A stretch of DNA of 64,000 bases from Trichoplax adhaerens (taxonomy: Eukaryota; Animalia; Placozoa): NCBI RefSeq assembly GCF_000150275.1, contig NW_002060946.1, positions 3,491,454 to 3,555,453 of the forward strand, written 5' to 3'. Each line of letters starts with the position of its first letter. Position 1 is the first letter of the stretch. The notes under the pieces are model-generated. The model saw only the letters and a list, made by a program, of their open reading frames with translations. It made no database searches and was not told the origin of the DNA. A program made the position numbers and the translations under genes. This document shows positions 40,433-53,300 of the stretch, one piece after another.

Positions 40433-42245
40433 AATCCAATCATTTTTTTACAACTGCAGTTTACAGGCATGATGTTCTCATGACTTGAGGCCTGTTCTAA
40501 TTATATCAAGAAATCCTGGGTAGCTTGACTAATAACGGGTATACTTTTATCGCTCATTCTGGTGTAGGCGTCTAAAATAAGTGTCGGTTTATCATGGTTC
40601 AAGAGGATCATGATCGTGATTGTAGGTGAGCAGTCGTAAGCAAGCTGTTAATCCTATCTCGTACTAACTCCACTAAAGGAGTCATCATGCGATCATAAAT
40701 TGGTAGCATGCTTACGTGAAGATCAAGAGTTGTTATCTATGCTATATCTACAGTATGTCTTTATGTACATACTGTACTGTACAGTGGATATATCGGGGCT
40801 TTACTTACAGTATGTCATTCTTCAAGTTGATTTCTTGAACCATCAACTACAATACTGTGTTGTACAGTGTCGTATTTTCGCCTCCTCGCTGGCGATAAAC
40901 AATCCAATTACTCCTCCTTCTTTTATCATGCATATGAGTTGTTGACAAAATTAGCCATATTGTACTGTATTTGCATGACTATAGGTTTAACCTGGCTTTA
41001 ACTATGTTATTCACCGACTACAGCACCATACTGTACGGTGGAATTTCATTTCAATCTTTCCCACCCGATAAGTAATAAATAAATAACTAAAATAATTCTA
41101 TCATAAATAGTAAATAGTGCAGCACTGTCAATAATTAAATTACAAAACTGTACAGTACAATTCAGTATCGACGCATACTACGGATTGACGACCCAATTTG
41201 ACAACTCGTGAAGACCTTGGTACATGCGTACTGGCGGCAAAATGTCCATAGTACTGTACACTGTACACTGTACACTGTACAAACCACCCAGCCAATAACA
41301 CCGTTACCCTCCATATATCACATGCCACCCATTTAAGCCAGGGCAACATCATACGGCCATTGAAAAAAAACTCATTGGCGTCTTGGACAGTGAAAGTTGC
41401 ATTAGCCAGCATAGGACTAGGCAAAGAAAAACGTGAATCTTAACCTATATCTGTTATGATAGCATTCAGCTTATTAACAAAGTCAAGGTATGTAATAAAA
41501 GTCAGTAATGTAACAGTTTATTGAATTTCTTTGGAGGACTTGCAAATGTGTGATGATTGGCAAAAAGTGGATGTTTATCGTTATGCGCTAGGCAAATTGT
41601 CAGTGGGGTCCACCGTTAAAGTACACAATATTGAGTCACGTTAGCAATTGATAGGATACTGATATATAAAATTGACTTATCCAATATCTTAGACTGTACT
41701 CAGTACATAAAATGAACATGATAAATGGTAAAAATGGAATTAAAACGAGTTTGGACATTTTGAAGTTCAATCTTCAATCTTGAGTTCAAGGTAAAGAACA
41801 AAAACAGACCCCAGTGGGTACTGCTGATACACTCGTTCTGTACTGTACTGTACTTTAAAAAAGCGCAATGAACTTCGGTGACACTAAGGAAAATAAACTG
41901 TATAGGCTAAATCAAGTCCTGCCTGTCCAGATCGATTTTGAACACGAGTGTTGACAAATTGGAACTTTCAATTTTTCACGTCATCTTGCCATCCAAGTTA
42001 ATCGCGCTGTACACTACGTTGTACGTAGTCGACAAACTTTCTATACTGTAACTTGATTGAAGAATAATCATCATACTACACCACAATAGCAGTCAGCGTA
42101 TATCGGTCTTTCACTACTATTGTGCATATTTTCGGTAATTGTCTGTTGTCCTTCTCGGTACTGGAAACAGTCTTATGCTTACCGTTTATTCCATTTCATA
42201 TACTGTACAATTTCATTCATACTCGTGATTGAATAACAAAATTAT

Positions 42246-42258
42246 TGGACTTTGTACT
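42246..42258 (-). promoter_or_regulatory. HNF4-type DR1 element
   Basis: TGGACTTTGTACT = AGTACA-A-AGTCCA on the minus strand. Confidence 0.45.
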
Positions 42259-42717
42259 TCTTCCATTTTCCATATTGTTATCCGCTGCTGTGTAATTTTG
42301 TGATTGTCTACACTGTACAGTACTGTCCCACTACTTTCCATGCCGTAGGACACCTACTGTGATACTATGTGCAATTCCGTAAAGGCGGAGAGTGGGTGTT
42401 TACTGGTTGGAAAAAAAAGGAGTTGCCCACGTTTAACTTAATAGTACTGTAAAAGACTCCTACAGAAGAATAATATACAGTATCATCGTCTAAGCTGTTG
42501 ACACTGAGTACTGTATCTGAGTAAGTTATTATGAACGGGCCTACTCCCACATGCATCGGACGTCCTACGCATCATTGGTATTATATTGTTGTATATTTGT
42601 TTTGCGCGATAACGGCCAACTACAGCACTGTAAACATTGGACCAATTCAGGTGACAAGCCTAATCCTGATTCCCAATGACTCCAGTTCACAACTATCGTC
42701 AATTCTGTAGTGTAGGA

Positions 42718-43028
42718 GACGATCTTGATAGATAAATACTACAGTACAGTCGTACTCTTCATCCATTATAATTATTCAACAGAAATTATTTCAATGAACT
42801 AAGACTTCAAGGGGTCCGACCGAATTCTATATACAAATGGTAGGATAATAATAGAATAGAAGAGCGAGCAGAAGACGGTCTTGATAAATACTACAGTCGT
42901 ACTATATTACTATTAAATAGAGACTACTTTAAAGGGTCCTCCTGTAGAATAATCGGAGAAAAGGTAGGAGATAAAAATACTGCTGTAATCATCATTAAAC
43001 AGAGACTATTTCAATCAACTAAAACTTG
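42718..43028. repeat. Diverged local duplications
   Basis: GACG.TCTTGATA..AATACTACAG..TCGTACT at about 42718 and 42874; ATT.AACAGA.A.TATTTCAAT.AACTAA.ACTT at about 42774 and 42994. Confidence 0.7.
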
Positions 43029-43510
43029 CCTCATGTTGGTAATGCCCTAAATTCGATAGAATAATCCAACAGCTAGTAACAGAGTCAAACAACATCATAT
43101 AGTCAATGCAGTAACTACAAATATACCTAATTGTCAAAATAATCGCAAGATTAGCATACACCGTAGCATGCGAACTAATGGAATGTTTCTCTTTCATAAA
43201 TTAGCTAGAGAGAAATAAGGAAAAGAAATCAACACTAATCTTGAATAGTAGTAAAGAATCAGAAACACCCAACGTGGTTAAGGTTAACAAAGGAAATCGT
43301 AGCTTATCTTCTTCGTATACTGTACAGTATAGGACACTGAATTTCGCACAAGCGCTGGTTCGTCAATTGGCTTATTCAGAAATTTACACGGCTTCTTAAC
43401 TTAATTTATATTCCAGCCTCCTTTGCTGTACAGTATACGTCTATATCCCCCTTAAAAAGAAAATTAAATTCGCTACTTGAGTATTGTTTCCATTTCTGAA
43501 CTTATCGAAG

Positions 43511-45814
43511 ATGGCTGAAGCTAGACAAGCTGTAGCTTTTCAATTTGCAGTTACCGATGAAGGTGTGGTCGTCGACTTTAACAAAGCCGCAATTTCCAAC
43601 GTTGTATCCGTAATTCGCCACTCTGTACGGTTACGATTACATCGTCTGTATAACACCTTGTTAAAGAATATTTTTCCAAACACTACCCAATCATATATTC
43701 TAATAGTTATAACGCTATTATTGGCGCGTTATCTAGAAGCTGGTCCTTCTGTCATACTATGGAATATTGGCACTGAACTTAATAGTATTAATCATAATAT
43801 TACTGGTTTACTTTATGTTGGTTTATTGTCTATAATTATATGGTTGACATTAGCCTATATCGAACGCTACACATTGAAGCTATTGCTAATGTACAAAGGG
43901 TGGATGTGGGATGCTCCTAAGAAGACCTCGTGGAAAACGAAAATATGGTATACGCTCATGAAGCTTTTATGCGCTCGTAAACATTTACGTCTTTACAGCT
44001 ATCAGGCCTCCATACCAAAGCTATCCGTACCGTCACTGCAATCTATCTGCAACAAATACTTGAGTTCGGTTAAGCCCCTGATGAATGATAAAGAATACTC
44101 TGAAATGGAGCGGTTGGTAGATCAATTCCGTAATGGAATTGGTAAAAGATTACATCGCTATACTGTATTATATTCTTGGTGGGCGACCAACTATGTTAGT
44201 GACTGGTGGGAGAAATATGTTTACCTGAAATGTCGCGGCTCTTTGATGATCAACAGCAATTACTATGCTGTTGATTCGGCGGTTTCTGTGCCAGTAACTT
44301 CTATTCAAGCTGCTAGAGCTGCTAGTGTTGCCCACAGCCTTCTTTTATTTCGGCAATATGTAGATGACGAAACTTTGGAACCTCTCGTACTCCGTGATAT
44401 TATTCCAACATGTTCTAAACAGTATTCAAGAATGTGGAATACTACGCGGATTCCTGGACGCACGTGTGACTACATTGCACATTTTGATTCATCCGTCTCT
44501 AGGCACATTGCTGTATACCATCGTGGGCGCTTTTTTAAGGTTAATGTGTATGATGGCGATAAGCTTCTAAGCCCTACTGAATTAGAACAGCAGTTTCAAA
44601 CGATTGTAGACGATTCAAGTGAGCCTCAACCTGGCGAACTCCATTTGCCAGCACTAACAGCTCAAGAGCGCTATTATTGGGCAGTAGCACGAAGATCTTA
44701 CTTTGCTGCTGGCGTTAACAAACAATCGTTGGATACTATCGAAAAATCTGCTTTTGTTGTCATTCTGGACGATACCTCACAGCATTACAGCGATTCGGAT
44801 CCTTCCTTATTGAATTCCCTATGTAAGTCAGCACTGCATGGAAACGGAAACAATAGATGGTTTGATAAATCAGTCAACTTGATCATTTACGCCAATGGCA
44901 GGATGGCCGGCAACTTTGAGCATTCTATAGCAGATGCGCCTGTTTTTGGCCATCCCTACGAGTTTGCAATGATTAATGATTCTATCATTCCAGGACGATA
45001 TGATAGTGATGGGCATTGCTCTGGTAAAATCGTCAACAAGATAACTCCACCGAAACGGTTACAATGGAATCTTTCCGACGATTGTATTGAAAAAATCAAT
45101 GAATCATATGTGTTAGGTTGCAAAATGATTGATGATCTTGATTTATATGTCTTAAATTTTCAAGAATATGGAAAAGACTTCATGAAAAAATGTCGTGTCA
45201 GTCCTGATGCTTATTTACAGATGGCTATGCAACTGACATATTACAAGTGTAGCAATCGATTTTGCTTGACGTATGAATCTTCTATGACACGATTATTCCG
45301 AGAAGGTCGCACAGAAACCGTACGCACTGTTACCGACTTATCATGCAAATTTGTGCTTGCAATGCTGGATAAAACTAAAACAAATAAAGAACGTCTAGAA
45401 TTACTTCGTCAGGCCGGCAGCCTCCATCAAAAGACGTACAGACAAGCAATGTGTGGTCAAGGCATTGATCGTCCTCTTTTTTGCATGTACGTGATATCCC
45501 AGTACCTTAAAGTCGACTCACCATTCCTGAAGAAAGTTTTAAGCGAGCCTTGGCAACTATCAACTAGTCAAACACCCCATCAGCAAACAAAGTACGCTGG
45601 CGACAAGTATGATGCAAAGATAGTATCAGCAGGTGGCGGTTTCGGACCAGTTGCTGATGATGGTTATGGTGTTTCTTACATTGTCACTGGTGAAAGCTGT
45701 TTAATGATCCATATAACTGCCAAAAATTCTTGTCCTACAACCAGTGCGAAGATGTTTGCGGACACTTTGCAAGAATCTTTGATACAGATGAGAGATTTTT
45801 TTTCTGCAGCTTGA
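43511..45814 (+). CDS. CPT1: Carnitine O-palmitoyltransferase 1, copy 2 (intronless CDS, 767 aa)
   Basis: True ATG at 43511 (MAEARQAVAFQF); the ORF track starts earlier at a TTG. Same motif set as copy 1: EHSIADAP, TYESSMTR, WQLSTSQTP, GGGFGPVADDGYGVSY. Confidence 0.96.
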   Translation: MAEARQAVAFQFAVTDEGVVVDFNKAAISNVVSVIRHSVRLRLHRLYNTLLKNIFPNTTQSYILIVITLLLARYLEAGPSVILWNIGTELNSINHNITGLLYVGLLSIIIWLTLAYIERYTLKLLLMYKGWMWDAPKKTSWKTKIWYTLMKLLCARKHLRLYSYQASIPKLSVPSLQSICNKYLSSVKPLMNDKEYSEMERLVDQFRNGIGKRLHRYTVLYSWWATNYVSDWWEKYVYLKCRGSLMINSNYYAVDSAVSVPVTSIQAARAASVAHSLLLFRQYVDDETLEPLVLRDIIPTCSKQYSRMWNTTRIPGRTCDYIAHFDSSVSRHIAVYHRGRFFKVNVYDGDKLLSPTELEQQFQTIVDDSSEPQPGELHLPALTAQERYYWAVARRSYFAAGVNKQSLDTIEKSAFVVILDDTSQHYSDSDPSLLNSLCKSALHGNGNNRWFDKSVNLIIYANGRMAGNFEHSIADAPVFGHPYEFAMINDSIIPGRYDSDGHCSGKIVNKITPPKRLQWNLSDDCIEKINESYVLGCKMIDDLDLYVLNFQEYGKDFMKKCRVSPDAYLQMAMQLTYYKCSNRFCLTYESSMTRLFREGRTETVRTVTDLSCKFVLAMLDKTKTNKERLELLRQAGSLHQKTYRQAMCGQGIDRPLFCMYVISQYLKVDSPFLKKVLSEPWQLSTSQTPHQQTKYAGDKYDAKIVSAGGGFGPVADDGYGVSYIVTGESCLMIHITAKNSCPTTSAKMFADTLQESLIQMRDFFSAA

Positions 45815-47002
45815 AAATACCGTAAACATCGTTAATAGGATCATAAATTTATCGTACTATGCCTTCCCTTACTTCACATTAATTTGTAAAATGCAATGCA
45901 GTTATATCTTTGGAAATTCTTTGATAATGATAATGGCACATTATTGCATGTAACAACCCACTATCATTTTCAATAGTAATCGATTTCATGTTAAACATTG
46001 CACTTAATCCATACTGTAGAATCCATAGTTATTAATAGGCTGTCATGTTGATTGTGATGCAAATTATTTTAAATTTTACGTACACCGTACGTGGATACAT
46101 ATTGTTGCTATAGTAAAGAGCTAATCATGTCTAAATTACAGTATATACTGTACAGTATTCGCTGCTTCGAATATTGGTAATCATGAACAATATAGCATTC
46201 AGTACATCAGTACGTTCAATAGAATACGAATATCGTACCAATTTTATTCCATGATACTGCTTTGCAATATCTTCGCTAGAATTCAGCTAGTCTGATAACT
46301 TTTGATTGTCATTTCATATTTTCGCATTTCAACGAATAAATAAATATGCGAGTGACAGATATCCATTTTTTGAAGTGTTACTTTTTGGGTATTCGTTGTT
46401 TATGTAACAGGTCACGCGATACGTTCCTGAATTTACCATTTTGTAGCTATTCAACTGTAACGGTAACTCTAATTTCAGCGTTTAATTGCTTAGTGCTTCA
46501 CTCTACTCTACCGTTAACTATGCAATTAATTACTCCAAATCAACACAAAAATGTTCTGCATTTAACATCAGGGGATGCTCCACAATTTAAGTAAAATATA
46601 AAGGGCGAATAAGCTGTTTGCTCATTAAAGATAGCGAGAAGGATTTGCACAAAATTGTCGAGCAGATACTCGTACATATTTTACATTATTTATTACCACA
46701 TTTTATAATTTACAAATAGAAATAATATAATTTACTGGGTAATTTGATAGCTACGATACCGCATTTATACACGGGATAAAAACTTCTAAGCAACTATTAC
46801 GAACACAAAACGCTTACGTACGACAATACAGTCATAGAAAAAGTGTAAAATTTCGCTTGCAAACAATCTGTATGAATGAAAGCGTCTACTGAATCTGCAA
46901 TACATTAATAAATGTTACATTATCTTACCTAAATCATTTTGTAACAAGAGCAAGATCATATAAGAGTATTTTGCATTTAAATTATAGTGTATTTATACAC
47001 CT

Positions 47003-47006
<4 letters not shown>

Positions 47007-47036
<30 letters not shown>
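47007..47036. repeat. (AT)n microsatellite between the convergent CPT1 and CNOT1 3' ends
   Basis: About 15 AT units. Confidence 0.95.
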
Positions 47037-47042
<6 letters not shown>

Positions 47043-47359
47043 ATGAAAACGAAAGTACAGCATAAGAATAAGGTAGACTATTATATAAGATGTCCCGCTG
47101 TTATCAAAAGCACTTTGCAAAATTATATAGATCTGAGTTGATATTAATATATACTGCTAACAGATAAATACAGTGATTAACAACAGCTAAATTAGAGATA
47201 AACCACATCAAGAAAAGTTACCATCAATACAGAGTATCAACTGAGTCATTTTTGTACAAGTTTACCAAAGCTGGCCAACTAAACCTTAATATAAATGAAA
47301 CATTAACGTTATCACAGATTTCAAATTTTATTGAAGTATCAATTAGAATAACTATTACG

Positions 47360-50300
47360 TTATTCTTGAACTTCGCCAGCTTCTTTAGATACCGAAATCG
47401 GTCTAGCTTGCTGGATCTGTGGCGCTTGTTTTGATTGCATACAGCTTCGAGCTACAGATTCGAATAGCCTATAAAAGATATGTCATTTTCGGTCACTTTC
47501 TGAAGGCCAAACAACAACAAACTGCACCTATGTTAGCACTATTCATAAAATCAATTCATACAATACATACTTTTCTATTTCTGGGGCACAATGTACAAAG
47601 CTATGAGACCAAAATTTATAAATTGGATTTTTAATCAATTCAATAAATGTTATCAATAGCCCCCAAGGATGTGGTCTATTCACTATAAGTCGTTCCAGCA
47701 ATACCCTGCAATTTTTACAGTAATGGTTACCGCAATGATCACAATAATCAAATATAAGTCAATTAACCAACCTAGTAATTTGCTCTTGAATAGCTTCAGA
47801 ATTTGCTTCCATAAATAAGTACAGTAGAGTACAACTAAAGTAATGCGTATGGCTATTCGGATAACGAAGCTGATTGCAAATCGCATTTATAAACAAATAT
47901 CGACCTACGCGTCAAAGGAAACATTGTAAGTATTATACAGTCTTAGATTAATAATACCTTATATGAAAAACAGAATTAAAATAACCTTCGTTATCTAGAA
48001 CGGCAAGATTCTGAAAAATATCCATGTGAGCAGAATGAGTAATGGTCGATAAAGAAATAGATAAATTTTTGTTTCGAATAAATTGAATTGCTTGAGTTCC
48101 AACATATAGCACCAGAGCGTTTATCAAAGGCATATTATAACGCGTTCCTGGCTCAGAAGGCATCTACAAAAGTTGATAGTGACAATACCATATAAATGAC
48201 TACGTATAGTAGGATAACGAACAGTGACAAACTTTACAGTGCTAGTTAGTACCTGAACTGCACTTCTCATTTCAGACAAGAAAGTCACTGGTTGACGATT
48301 TTTCAAGTAAGAATCTAAATCCTATAAATAAGTGAAAGACATCATAAGATCACAAGCAATGTTAATCAACGTGATATTCCGTTATTGCTCCTACTTTTCT
48401 AAATGTCTGAGGTTGAATGGCAGCAGTGAAGTTGTTCAGTACGCGAGGAGCGTGATTTATTTCTGGCAACATGTCAACCTGAATGTTCAAAATATTAAAA
48501 TTTTGGATAAACAGAAAATAAGTGCAAATCAAATTAAACTATGCTATTGAATAAATTCACTCAAACCTTCAGATTTGGGCCAAACGGATCAGGCAATCGC
48601 ATGCTTCGCGGATATGCACTTAATATTAAATTTTTCAATTGAATACAATTTGGAGGGATCACATCGCAAAATGCAAAATGGCATTCACATAAGAATTCAG
48701 GAAAATCATGTAACAGTACAAGTAAAACCCGCAAGGTTCCCTATCATAACGCGAACAAAATAACATTCGATGGTAAACATGCGTTAGTTTCAATGCTTAA
48801 AGTTACACTAAGGGCGTTAATAAATACCTTATAAAGAAGTTGAGTCTGTTTCGCTAGTTCGGCATTGCGTAGAAATGGAGCTAGGAATTTGAATAAGTCA
48901 AGTAGCAACTGCTGAAAATGTGCCCATCCCTACACCGGTAAAATTATCAGCATTAAAACAGAGCAAATTATATTAACGATATAATAACGTTAACACTATA
49001 CACTAAACTATATAACGATACCTTCTGCTGGGAAGTGCCTAGTAATCGAGATATCATTATTCTGTGAGATACTAATTCTAACCAAGAATAAGAGAAACCT
49101 GGCACCCTATGCGGTCGGAGTGCATGCAACATATTGCTATAATAAACAATCATAAAAGCATAAATGGTAATGAATAGTCCGAAAGGCTTATTTTGAACGT
49201 TAAAAGGCAACAAATCGATTACCAAAGTGCAGAAAGAATTGCGGAATTTAAATTTTCTAAAACTTGATCAACCCCGTTAAGTTCCTCAAGCAACATCACC
49301 AAAATACGATGATACGGCAGTTGATGAAAATCAGCATGACGCATGTCATGATCTTGCATCAAGACTCCCGCAATGAGTCCAAGTATCTAGTATTAAACAT
49401 ATTAATGACACAGATGATTCAAGGGTGTGAACAAGTACAAATATACAAATACACGCAGTACTCAAGCCAAACCTTGTTGAGCATACTAATTTTGCTATTG
49501 CTAGGTTCGCCAGCATGTTTTACGATTAGGACTACCAATCGGCCAAACGCATCTAAAGTTTGAAACAACTTGATTCGAGAATGCGCATTCTGTGTCTTTA
49601 AAAAAGAATCGTTCCTCAATTAAGCTATTATGTTAGAAGATATCAATAGTACGTACAATAAATATACTAACCACGTCGTGAAGATTTCTATAAGTCAACT
49701 CTACGCAAATTTCCACACTCACACGGATAAATCTTAGTAGCATCTCATCATTTTTGAGCATACCATGTTGATGTAGCTATCGCAAATATATTTAATAGCA
49801 AATCAAGAGAAGTCATTAAAATCTTACATGTCAGATAACTAAGCAAAATACCTGGTTAGCAAAAACTGCAAACGCCCTCTCGCTATCTCTTCCAGATACT
49901 GGTTGAAGGTATAACCTGACCCATTCACGTAACAAAAATTCAGTCTTTTCAAATAGAGCTGCTTGATCACTATCTCCAGGATTTCCTCGTACGATAGAAC
50001 TTGCAGCAGGAAGACTGCTTGGAGTTTCATGGCTAGGATTAGATCGTACTGGCGTATCTTCTTCCCTACTTTGTCTGTTAGGTTGCGCAATACGATTTAA
50101 TGTCTCTAAAGTTCGATAAAAGTCTGACTCTTTGATGTTATCTTGTGGGTCATTTAAAAATTTGCCAATTAATTGCAACGCAAAACTTGCAACAGTATAG
50201 TTACTGCTATTATTTATAGACTGCGCCAAGTACGAATCAAAATCTTTCATAACAACCAATCGACTACGGATCAAGATCTCTACTGCTTCAACATTCCAAC

Positions 50301-53300
50301 GATATTCTTCTCGGCATTCGCAAATAAATCTAGTTATACATTTTGCTGTCCAAGCCGGACCACAAGCTTTTGGATCTTGTAACGCTTTTAACAGCATCAC
50401 ATGACCAGCCCTAAATCGCATATTTAGTTCAGATTCTGAAGCCACCAGAAGTTCCATAAGATTTTCTACACACTATTAAAAATATAAGTTTCACAAAATT
50501 AAAAATATTATGAGATAAAGCTTGAAATACAGAAAAGAGTTACCTTAGTGATTAATGATGTAAGTTCTGTTCCATTTTGATTCATTCTTATTTGTACTAC
50601 AGCATCAAGTAATGAACGCAATGCAAGAACTTGAGGTTTCGGACTAGTATTCTTGAGTGCAATAAGATGGTGTTGTAATTCAGATCCGCACTCGTCCAGG
50701 ATAATATTTAATTCGTCGGTTGGATTTGATGGCTAAAGGAGAAAGTAGTTAAACTTTTATAGCAGATAGATCATAAATGTTAGTATATCTCAATCAGCTA
50801 GAATCCCTTTATTTCCTTACTTGTGATAAAGCTGTCAGCTCAGGAAATCCTTGAGAAATAGCAATTGTAGAATCGGTTATTGGAGCAAAACCAGGAACAT
50901 TTTTAGCAAAATCGTCATAGATAGTCTGCTTTTGTGATCCCGGGCCACCGACCTAAGTTTTTAGTTCAAGAACAAGAATTATTAGATCCAACCCAAAGTA
51001 AAAGTATTCTACTACAATGTACATATATTACTTTCAATCGGATTGCTTCAGGCATTCGTTCCGCCTGGTATTGTAAAACAGCATGATCGTAATAACGTCG
51101 ACCTTCACTGCGTGCATGCTTTCTTATTTCGAATTCCTAAAGTTAGTTGTTATAAAATAACAATTAACTAAATGATTTGGACAAGTTTGTGTTATTCATA
51201 AACTTACCGCAGCTAATGCTTTATTAATTTCTAAGAGAGCTTTGTCAACCGCAGACTTTTGTACGAAAGCACACGCATGTTCGGTATTTTCATTAGCAAT
51301 TATCGTTGCAGCCTCTTCTATTATATCTTTCATGTTTGAAGTATTCTACAAAATTTTTGAAGAAAAATAGATCAATTCTAACGATAATAATCGCATTCAT
51401 TGTATGGCGATCAGAACCTACTCTTAAGTTAGACATAAAAGCAGATTTTAGATTGTTAGAAATGGCCATATGTAGCGCTTCACGACAGGTAATCAATGCC
51501 ATGCCAGCAGTGAAGTAGCGTAACATATTATGAGACCCTGTTTTAAGATGGGTTTCGTCAGGGTCTAAGGCAAAATCCTATAGTAACGAAATAGCCACAT
51601 TAATATATAACGGTAAAATAACTAGAACACGTTGAATTAAAAATATAAAGATAATATTTTACCTTCTTTATTAGTTTTTCTACGGTATTTATTACAATTT
51701 TGATAGAGCGCTCAGCAACAGGAAGGAGTAATTCTTGAACTGCACGTTCTATAGCGACTTTTACATAGCTTTTTAAATGCGGATTTTGTTGAAATAGGCG
51801 CAACTAATAATATACCGTTTAACAGTAATGTTATTACTCTAAATTTTTTGTATTAGTCTTTTTACTACTACAAGATATAATATTCATAACATGTAAATTA
51901 TCAGTACCTGATTATTTATGACTATACCAGATGATAATCCGGCAACTGTCGCACTTAATTTGTTATAATTGATCGAAGGCGGGGGATGAGTTCCTTCATT
52001 CGGAATCACATGTTGAATTTGTTGCTGACCGCCTATAAAATCCACCACGTTATTAAGTAATTGCAATATATAAGTTACTTCACCACTGAAAAATACAAAT
52101 TTACCATTCTTGGGTCCTTTCATTGGATTATCAAGCTGATGACGTTTTAGTCTATTCAATCTCTCTGGATCTTGCAATACGTCAAATTTCGGTATATCCT
52201 ATGACAGTTCAAATTTTGTGTTCTCAAAATTAAGATAGCGTATAATTGTAATATAAAAACTCGGCTACCCTCAGACATTTATTTCATAAATGCTTTACTA
52301 ACCTCAATGGCAATATTTAAATTCTTACACAATATTTCCACTTCGAATTTAATATTTAGCTACATGTAGCCAAGAAGATAAAAATTACATTACGATCGTA
52401 TGTCAGGTGAAGTTAAATTTAAATCGTATATAAATATCATTTATTACGTACAGATACGCTAATAATTATTGACTTACCTTTAGATTTGGTACTTGATGAA
52501 TTTCAACTAATACACCCAAAATAGCCATTATCCAGGGACAAGGGGGTTTAAATACCTGATGTCAACGTACGCACGAAAAATTTACACAATATTCAAACAC
52601 AAATATAAAAGAAACTATAACAAACATTCTCGAGGATTTCACTAATTGTTGTGTTTTCTTACCCTACTTTGATTTACGCTATCGAGTACTTTAGTAACGA
52701 ACGGAATAACAAATAGCATCTCCTATAAATGATAAAATAGTAGCCATTTAGATTAAACTACAATGACACTACCGTGACTGTATATGCTATCTATCACAAA
52801 ATATTTTAGTCACCTGTTCACCCTTAAAGTAAGCCTCAATCAAAAGAGATTTGATATCCATTTCCTAGCAGCAAAACATTAAATTTAGTTAAAGTATAAA
52901 CGCCATTAAAATTACAAGTTAAAAACATACATACTTTATACAAGATTGGTTTATTACGTGCCAACGTTAAAATCCCAAGCCAATGGCCCAAATTTTTCAA
53001 TATCACACGATCAGAATATTCATTTGAATTCTTTTCCATTTTTAGCAAAACCTTTAAATAAAATAAATTGTACCTAACTATTAAAATTTGTAGAAAATTA
53101 AAGAAAAACATTCTTATTATTAAAGAATATATTTTACCTTAATATTTCTATAGGTCTCATGCAATACATCTTGATACAACTCTTTCGAATTATACGCTTC
53201 AACGACTGACGAGTAAAGAGTATGAAAATTATGTTCAATACTGACTCGCCTCATAACTAAATAACGACTAAACCATAGTCTGTATTTAGCCCCAACCAAT

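Noticed and set aside
43484-43510. N-terminal extension MFPFLNLSK on CPT1 copy 2
   Set aside because: It starts at TTG in the ORF track; the conserved MAEA start at 43511 is an ATG in good context.
5208-46674. Minos-type footprints TACTCGTA/TACGAGTA at 5208, 7480, 7553, 12317 and 46667
   Set aside because: Five spotted against a rough expectation of two to three; not distinguishable from chance within one window.
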